From NCBI RefSeq assembly GCF_000981785.2, contig NZ_CP011304.1, forward strand, positions 3,000,001 to 3,032,000: a stretch of DNA of 32,000 nt. Reading direction: 5' to 3'. This document shows positions 25,971-32,000 of this stretch, one piece after another (the stretch's first letter is position 1; each line of letters starts with the position of its first letter). The stretch is from Microcystis aeruginosa NIES-2549. GTDB taxonomy: Bacteria > Cyanobacteriota > Cyanobacteriia > Cyanobacteriales > Microcystaceae. The notes below the pieces were generated by a model. That model was not told the DNA's origin. It searched no databases and saw only the letters and a list, made by a program, of their open reading frames with translations. The position numbers and the translations under genes are program-made.

Positions 25971-27455
25971 TTAAGGTAAATCCGTCGCCCCCATCAAAAA
26001 GCGATCGCATTCCCTGGCGGCCCCGCGGCCTTCATTAATCGCCCAAACCACCAAACTTTGACCACGACGACAATCCCCCGCTGCAAAGACTTTCGGTAAG
26101 CTAGTGGTAAATTGACCGTGTTCGGCCTTGATATTGCTGCGGGCATCCTTTTCTAGGCCCAAATCATCGAGTAAAGGCTGTTCTGGTCCCAAAAATCCCA
26201 TGGCCAATAAAACTAACTGCGTCGGGATGACTGTTTCGGTTCCTGCCACCGGTTGGGGGATAAACTGCCCTTTTTCGTTGCGTTGCCATTCCACCTGTAC
26301 CGTGTGGATCCCCGTCACGTTGCCCTCGCTATCCCCCTCGAATTTAGTGGCCGTGGTGGTATAAACCCGGGGGTCATCGCCAAAGCGCGCGGCCGCTTCC
26401 TCTTGTCCATAGTCCAGACGGTAGATTTTCGGCCATTCGGGCCAGGGATTATCGGCGGCCCGTTCGCGGGGCGGTTGCGGCATAATCTCTAATTGGGTGA
26501 CGCTACGGCAGTTATGACGCAGGGAAGTCCCCACACAGTCGGTTCCCGTGTCGCCACCGCCGATAATTACCACGTCTTTACCCGCGGCCGAGATAAAATC
26601 CTCCCCGGGCTGTCCGTCTAATAGTGCTTTTGTATTAGCGGTGAGAAACTCCATGGCGAAGTGAATGCCCTTTAATTGGCGACCTTCGATGTTTAAATCC
26701 CGGGGTTTGGTCGCCCCGGTACAGATAACCACGGCATCGTATTCGTTTAATAGGTCTTGGCTGCTGATATCCTTGCCCACTTCCGTGTTACAGACCATTT
26801 TTACCCCTTCCTGTTCGAGCATCTGGAGACGACGCAGAACCACTTCTTCCTTATCTAACTTCATGTTGGGGATACCGTACATTAATAGTCCCCCGGGGCG
26901 GTCGGCCCTTTCATAAACTGTCACCCAGTGACCGGCTTTATTTAACTGGTCGGCGGCTGCTAATCCAGCAGGTCCAGAACCGATCACGGCCACTTTTTTG
27001 CCAGTACGGATGGCGGGGGGATTGGCAGTAATCCACCCGGATTCCCAACCTTTGTCAATAATCGAACATTCAATATTTTTGATCGTAACGGGGGGATTAT
27101 GAATACCGAGAACACAGGAACCCTCACAGGGAGCGGGGCAGACTCTACCGGTAAATTCGGGGAAATTATTGGTTTTATGAAGGCGATCGAGGGCTTCTCG
27201 CCACAATCCTCGATAGATTAAATCATTCCATTCCGGAATCAGGTTATTAATCGGGCAACCACTGGCCATGCCACTAATTAGCGTTCCCGTGTGACAAAAG
27301 GGTGTACCACAATCCATACAACGGGCGGCCTGATTGCGGAGTTTATCTTCTGGCATGGGAAGATGAAACTCATCCCAATTATGAAGGCGATCGAGGGGGG
27401 TAAGTTCGGAAGGAAGTTCACGCAGGAATTCGATAAAGCCAGTCGGTTTGCCCAT
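25971..27455 (-). CDS. gltD: Glutamate synthase small (beta) subunit, NAD(P)H-dependent
   Basis: 494 aa. N-terminal Fe-S Cys clusters ([18 protein letters not shown]) and two dinucleotide folds ([24 protein letters not shown]). Confidence 0.92.
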   Translation of the reverse strand: MGKPTGFIEFLRELPSELTPLDRLHNWDEFHLPMPEDKLRNQAARCMDCGTPFCHTGTLISGMASGCPINNLIPEWNDLIYRGLWREALDRLHKTNNFPEFTGRVCPAPCEGSCVLGIHNPPVTIKNIECSIIDKGWESGWITANPPAIRTGKKVAVIGSGPAGLAAADQLNKAGHWVTVYERADRPGGLLMYGIPNMKLDKEEVVLRRLQMLEQEGVKMVCNTEVGKDISSQDLLNEYDAVVICTGATKPRDLNIEGRQLKGIHFAMEFLTANTKALLDGQPGEDFISAAGKDVVIIGGGDTGTDCVGTSLRHNCRSVTQLEIMPQPPRERAADNPWPEWPKIYRLDYGQEEAAARFGDDPRVYTTTATKFEGDSEGNVTGIHTVQVEWQRNEKGQFIPQPVAGTETVIPTQLVLLAMGFLGPEQPLLDDLGLEKDARSNIKAEHGQFTTSLPKVFAAGDCRRGQSLVVWAINEGRGAARECDRFLMGATDLP

Positions 27456-27742
27456 AGTCTTTTTTGTCTCTGTCGTTTATTCCCTATCTTCCTTCAGGGT
27501 TCGATCGATCCCCGCAACTTTACCGATTTCTTTAATCTTATCCGCAACTCAGTGGACTAACAGGCGGTAATTTTGACAAATTCGGGAATTAACTAGGGCT
27601 TGCTGAATAAATCTAAAAACCTTGTTGGATAATGCTTTTAGACTTTTTTTCCCTCAAAAAGTGCCGACCGAGGGATCGGGGGTAAAATTCAGGTACTTTT
27701 TCCCTGAAAATTAGGTAACTGACTACCTCAAAATCGGTAAAA

Positions 27743-27783
27743 CCCTACACCCCACACCCCACACCCCACACCCTGCCCCCACC
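27743..27783. repeat. Heptamer array CCC(C/T)(A/G)C(A/C); reverse-complement orientation of the 23240 array
   Basis: CCCTACA CCCCACA CCCCACA CCCCACA CCCTGCC CCCACC. Confidence 0.85.
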
Positions 27784-27832
27784 AACAAACTTTTTCAGCA
27801 GACTCTAACTATTGAGTTAAAAACAGGCGATT

Positions 27833-28672
27833 TCAAGAGGAAGGGGGCAATTCTAAGGGGATAGCCCCGATTATTCCCTTACGAAAATCATTGAGTAACT
27901 GCATGGCTGCCCTTTCTTTATCTTCTTGATATTTGAGATTGGCCAATTTTTCGATAAAATCTTCCCCGGTCATGTCTAGGGTATTCAACCCATAACGAGA
28001 TTGTAAAAGACCTTCATAGTTTAATTCTATTAATAAATCGACAAAAGCCGCCGCTATCCTTTGGTTATCATAACCAGCATCCCCAATATCCTCACAGATA
28101 GCTAATTTCACCGCATCCTTTTGATTTTCTAAACGGGAAGGGATCACCCCCGGCGCGTCCAATAATTCTAAGGTGTCGGAAATTCGCACCCATTGTAATT
28201 GTCGCGTTACTCCGGCCCTGCGGGCGCTGGCAACGACTTTTCGCCCTAATAAACGGTTAATCAGGGCAGATTTGCCCACATTGGGAAACCCAATCACCAC
28301 GGCCCGCACTGGACGCGGTAACATTCCTCTCAGTTGGCGTTTTTGGTTAATTGCATCGCCAATTTTTTCCGCCGCTTTGATAATTGCTTTAACTCTTTCT
28401 CCCTGTTTAGCGTTAGTAAAATAGACGGTTTCTCCTTGACTTTTAAACCATGTTACCCATTGTTGCTGGGCAGATTCGGGAATCATATCGAGACGATTTA
28501 AGATTAACAAGCGCGGTTTATTGCCAATCCAATCGTCCACCTGCGGATGATGGGAGGCTAAGGGAATGCGAGCATCGCGCACTTCTAGGACCACATCCAC
28601 GAGTTTAAGATGTTCCTTGAGTTTTCTTTCCGCTTTGGCAATATGACCGGGATACCATTGAATTAACGACAT
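27833..28672 (-). CDS. rbgA: Ribosome biogenesis GTPase A (YlqF/RbgA), circularly permuted GTPase
   Basis: MSLIQWYPGHIAKA... start, NRLD (G4) preceding GFPNVGKS (G1), and DAPG. Confidence 0.9.
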   Translation of the reverse strand: MSLIQWYPGHIAKAERKLKEHLKLVDVVLEVRDARIPLASHHPQVDDWIGNKPRLLILNRLDMIPESAQQQWVTWFKSQGETVYFTNAKQGERVKAIIKAAEKIGDAINQKRQLRGMLPRPVRAVVIGFPNVGKSALINRLLGRKVVASARRAGVTRQLQWVRISDTLELLDAPGVIPSRLENQKDAVKLAICEDIGDAGYDNQRIAAAFVDLLIELNYEGLLQSRYGLNTLDMTGEDFIEKLANLKYQEDKERAAMQLLNDFRKGIIGAIPLELPPSS

Positions 28673-28779
28673 GGGAGATGGGAGTATAAAATTAAATTTT
28701 ATCAGAAATAGTCCCTAGATAGCTATAATTATCTGAGAAAAAGTTTAGTAATTTCACTGCAATTATAACAGGATTGTCG

Positions 28780-29322
28780 ATGACTAATTTAAAAAAATGG
28801 CAAATTATTAAATCTGAGCTAGTTTTTAATAATCGTTGGTGTCAAGTCCGTCAAGACGCGGTGAAGTTATCCTCCGGACAAGTTATCGATGATTATTTCG
28901 TTAATATTCGTCCTGAAATTGTTTTAGTTGTTCCAGTTACTGGGGATAATCAATTGGTTTTTGTTCGTCAATATCGTCACGGAGTTAAGGAAATTTTATT
29001 GGAATTTCCCGCCGGAGCAGTAGATGCGGGTGAAGATAATATTACTGCGGCAGCGCGTCGGGAATTCGAGGAGGAAACTGGTTATCAAAGTGATTCTCTA
29101 ATAGCTCTGGCTGTTTTGTACGATAATCCTGTTAAAGATACTAACAGAATTCATATTTTTTTGGCTCTTAATGCTACTCCCACTGGTCAACAAAAGTTAG
29201 ATGTTACCGAGGAAATTGAAGTTATTCTTCGACCTTTACAGGAAATTAATCCCCAGGAAATTACTGTCTCTGGTAGTTTAGCTGCTTTCTATCTAGCGAG
29301 GGATTTTTTAAAGCAAAATTAA
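28780..29322 (+). CDS. NUDIX hydrolase (ADP-ribose pyrophosphatase-like)
   Basis: Nudix box GAVDAGEDNITAAARREFEEETGY. The track ORF starts at a TTG (28774); I prefer the ATG at 28780. Confidence 0.85.
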   Translation: MTNLKKWQIIKSELVFNNRWCQVRQDAVKLSSGQVIDDYFVNIRPEIVLVVPVTGDNQLVFVRQYRHGVKEILLEFPAGAVDAGEDNITAAARREFEEETGYQSDSLIALAVLYDNPVKDTNRIHIFLALNATPTGQQKLDVTEEIEVILRPLQEINPQEITVSGSLAAFYLARDFLKQN

Positions 29323-29380
29323 GGAGTTATAGCGGTTATATTAATAGGGAGGTAGGAAGTTTTCGTTTTCGGGAGCCAGT

Positions 29381-29410
29381 TGTCAGGAGATTATTTTTAT
29401 TTATTCTCCC
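29381..29410. repeat. Inverted copy of the linker found between the two heptamer arrays at 23323-23350
   Basis: GTCAGGAGATTATTTTTATTTATTCTCCCC is the reverse complement of GGGGAGAATAAATAAAAATAATCTCCTG. Confidence 0.6.
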
Positions 29411-29458
29411 CAATTCATAATTGATAAGTAAGTAGTTATAATTAAATTGAAGATAAAT

Positions 29459-29522
29459 CCCCCCTTAATCCCCCCTTGATAAGAGGGGTGTCTAACAACT
29501 TTTAACAGCTGCCTACTTAATT
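29459..29522. repeat. Third copy of the hairpin-bearing MITE-like element, without the 30-bp palindrome
   Basis: CCCCCCTTAATCCCCCCTTGATAAGAGGGGTGTCT..TTTTAACAGCTGCCTACTTAATT aligns with 8316-8373. Confidence 0.6.
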
Positions 29523-29546
29523 CATAATTTATAATTCCCACTGTCT

Positions 29547-30503
29547 ATGAGTAATTTTTTTATGATTGCTGGCTTTATTCTATCAGCTTATGCAATCGTT
29601 GCTAACGATTCCCTACAAACTTTAGGGACTTTTTTAAGTGCCAATGAAGAACGTCCCTGGTGGATTTTATGGCTGTATTCCAGTATAATCTTAGCCTCGA
29701 TTTTTATCGCTGGTTGGTACATTAATCAGGGAGATGTGGCTTATAATCGACTAGAAATGATTCCCTTCCCAGAAAATTTTACTTGGATTTATATCGTTCC
29801 TCCCTTAGCAATTTTAATTCTCACCACTTGGGGAATACCTGTGAGTACAACCTTTTTGGTTTTAACAGTTTTTGCTCCCCAATCTCTAGATGAAATGTTA
29901 GTTAAATCCGCTTGGGGTTATGCTCTTGCTGTTATAGTGGGGTTAGTCATCTATCGAATTATTTATCGATTAGAAAACTTTTTCCTAGAAACAGTTAATA
30001 AAGAACCTCAAAAAATCTGGGTAGTTTTACAGTGGTTATCTACTGGGTTTCTCTGGAGTCAATGGTTAATGCAAGATTTTGCTAATATTTTCGCCTATCT
30101 TCCCAGAAAGTTAGCGGCAACATGGTTAGTTTTATCTCTAACAGTTATGCTACTCCTGCAAACCATCATTTTTATTAATCATGGGGGTCAAATCGAGAAA
30201 ATTGTCACTAGCAAAACTAACGCCCATGATCCGCGTTCTGCAACAATTATTAACCTAATTTATGGCTTAATTTTACTGTTTTTTGTTGGCTATAATCATA
30301 TTCCCATGAGTACCACTTGGGTATTTTTAGGTTTATTAGGAGGTCGAGAAATTTCTCTGACTTTAACCAGAGAAACCCCTAATTTAGCCGCCACGGGTAA
30401 ACTGGTGTTCGGGGATGCCTTGAAAGCTTTTATCGGTATGATTGTTAGTGTTGCTATCGCTCTTGCTTTACCTCTACTCGCTCAAAAACTTAACTATCTA
30501 TAG
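29547..30503 (+). CDS. Polytopic membrane protein, divergent PiT/PHO4-like
   Basis: 318 aa with multiple TM segments. VANDSLQTLGT, GIPVSTTFLV and IPMSTTWVFLGLLGG resemble the duplicated PiT signatures (GANDVAN, PVSTTH) but lack the His. Confidence 0.75.
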   Translation: MSNFFMIAGFILSAYAIVANDSLQTLGTFLSANEERPWWILWLYSSIILASIFIAGWYINQGDVAYNRLEMIPFPENFTWIYIVPPLAILILTTWGIPVSTTFLVLTVFAPQSLDEMLVKSAWGYALAVIVGLVIYRIIYRLENFFLETVNKEPQKIWVVLQWLSTGFLWSQWLMQDFANIFAYLPRKLAATWLVLSLTVMLLLQTIIFINHGGQIEKIVTSKTNAHDPRSATIINLIYGLILLFFVGYNHIPMSTTWVFLGLLGGREISLTLTRETPNLAATGKLVFGDALKAFIGMIVSVAIALALPLLAQKLNYL

Positions 30504-30528
30504 GAAGTGGGGTGTGGGGAGAGGTAAA

Positions 30529-31470
30529 TTAAGAATAACAAGATTGGGGAGATAGGCGATCGATTGACGCTCCGGAGTGATAAAGTTTTCTATTACTGAT
30601 AATCTCGAAATTATCATTCAACCAGATTAAAGATGCTTCTGTGACTAGACCTTCTTCAAGAGTGACTAGGGAAAAATTGCGAGATTTACCCCTATCGGAG
30701 TGGAGAATGCGAGGGACACTCGCAGCATTCAGATAAACAGTTCCCATCTCGGAAGTGACCACGGGATTGCGTAAACGGGAAGTAGTATGACGGAGACGGT
30801 GGTGCATATGACCGAAACTGACGAGAGGAACCTGTTTTCCTAATAGCTGTGCTTGTGCGATGGCCGCCGCTAAATCGGGATCCCCGTGGTCCCCTCCCAA
30901 GGGTTGCCAATCGCGACCACAGATAGCTTCCGCTTCCTTTCCCAGTCCGGCTGGACCATTGTGACCTAAAAAAATCAGGTTATTATAGGCAGTATCTTGA
31001 ATATTAGCGATAATTTTGGCGGTAGATTCGGCAAAACTGCTGATATTATAGCGTTCTTGCAAAAATTCTCCATTTTTCCACTCGGATCCCCCCCAAGTAA
31101 AGGGACGACCCCCAACAATCGAAAGCTCTAAACTGGGTAGGTCTAGTTTTGAGTAACCCACATGGGCAACCCCTAATAATTCTAACTGGGCGGTGACACG
31201 ATCTTCTTGATCGCGATCGTAGGGACATTGCTTTCGTCCCCAGGGGGTGGCGCTATACCAAGCGTCATGATTACCGAGAATAACGGCTTTTGGTAAGGAC
31301 AAACTAGCAATCCGACCGACAATTTCTAGGGATTCATTGCCAAAATCGCCGACAAATAGGGCTAAATCCACTTGTAAAGCTTCTAGAGCTAAATTATCTT
31401 CTATTTCCCATTGGTCGTGAACGTCACCGATGACGGCGATTTTATAGGTGCGAGGGAAAGAACTTACCAT
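30529..31470 (-). CDS. Calcineurin-like metallophosphoesterase family protein
   Basis: IAVIGDVHD, FVGDFGNE, LGNHD, GHNGP and GHMHH motifs in the canonical order. Confidence 0.85.
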   Translation of the reverse strand: MVSSFPRTYKIAVIGDVHDQWEIEDNLALEALQVDLALFVGDFGNESLEIVGRIASLSLPKAVILGNHDAWYSATPWGRKQCPYDRDQEDRVTAQLELLGVAHVGYSKLDLPSLELSIVGGRPFTWGGSEWKNGEFLQERYNISSFAESTAKIIANIQDTAYNNLIFLGHNGPAGLGKEAEAICGRDWQPLGGDHGDPDLAAAIAQAQLLGKQVPLVSFGHMHHRLRHTTSRLRNPVVTSEMGTVYLNAASVPRILHSDRGKSRNFSLVTLEEGLVTEASLIWLNDNFEIISNRKLYHSGASIDRLSPQSCYS

Positions 31471-31529
31471 TACCAGTTATCAACTATCATTTATCAGTAA
31501 CGATCATAACTAGGATTGGCCGAATAAAT

Positions 31530-31709
31530 AGACCTCTTGCAAAAATCAAAAATCTTCCTTTAGGTGAGGAGTAAGGAGCCAGTAGTCAGTAGTCAGGAGA
31601 ATTAAGAATGAGCATTAATCAATTAAATGCTCTATTTAGTGATTTTATGCAATTTTATGCCTATTTTTCTCATTTTTGCCCTCTCAAAAATTAATTTTGC
31701 AAGAACTCT
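31530..31709. repeat. Possible about 180-bp MITE with terminal inverted repeats AGAnnTCTTGCAAAA
   Basis: AGACCTCTTGCAAAAAT (31530-31546) versus ATTTTGCAAGAACTCT (31694-31709). The interior has CAGTAGT/GTCAGGAG heptamer-like repeats. Confidence 0.4.
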
Positions 31710-31798
31710 GGTAAAGATGTAAAGATTTCAAACAAAGTTACCCACAGTCATCGGTTTGTTTGTAAATTTAGATACAGAATTATCAGGGTGATCTGTGT

Positions 31799-31996
31799 AT
31801 GTCTTTACTACAATACCGCACTACTGCCGTTGTTACTTGCCCCCAAGCAAACACATGGGTACAACTCAGAATGCTTCCCTCTCCCTACAGCTTTGATGAA
31901 GCGCTACTACTCTGTGAACAGGATCAGGGACGTTGGGTGGCATGGATTCCCGATTTTGGCGAAATTATCTTGATCGAAGGACAATTTGAGGGATAA
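31799..31996 (+). CDS. Small hypothetical protein (65 aa)
   Basis: ATG start and natural-looking composition (..FDEALLLCEQDQGRWVAWIPDFGEIIL..). The overlapping alternative frame 31788-31973 looks less protein-like. Confidence 0.5.
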   Translation: MSLLQYRTTAVVTCPQANTWVQLRMLPSPYSFDEALLLCEQDQGRWVAWIPDFGEIILIEGQFEG

Positions 31997-32000
31997 ACTA

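Noticed and set aside
31788-31973. 61-aa ORF overlapping 31799-31996 in another frame
   Set aside because: It is Cys/Tyr/Leu-rich with an unnatural composition. The alternative frame gives a more protein-like sequence ending at a clean stop.

Overview
The window looks like a cyanobacterial chromosome segment. The HIP1 palindrome GCGATCGC recurs throughout, and gene content and repeat families resemble a Microcystis-like unicellular cyanobacterium; that taxon call is inference. Core genes, mostly on the minus strand: a Ser/Thr kinase-FGE fusion (partial); the high-affinity CO2-uptake cluster ccmR-ndhF3-(beta-carbonic anhydrase)-ndhD3-cupA; a Uma2 nuclease; a radical SAM/SPASM maturase; mltA; a CorC/HlyC transporter; tkt-fabF-acpP; ho1; rpaA; gltD; rbgA; a NUDIX hydrolase; a PiT-like membrane protein; and a metallophosphoesterase. 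The accessory segment at about 13.5-19.5 kb holds the unusual content. (1) A 73-nt tRNA(CAU) is split in its anticodon loop by a complete 2,315-bp group II intron that encodes an RT-maturase-HNH protein. (2) Next to the tRNA lies a decayed two-gene module: an unknown 255-aa gene broken by a TTAA-bounded 103-bp MITE, translationally coupled to a truncated PIN-toxin gene. (3) A C-protein-controlled type II restriction-modification cassette (Dam-class methyltransferase, PD-ExK nuclease, C protein plus C-box) is inserted into the 3' end of tkt, flanked by a perfect 64-bp direct duplication of the tkt terminus. Several intergenic repeat families are present: nested palindromic MITEs and heptamer STRR-like, G-quadruplex-prone arrays. 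A structured 0.5-kb non-coding region of unknown identity lies between ho1 and rpaA. All calls come from reading the sequence and from recalled family motifs; no database search was run.
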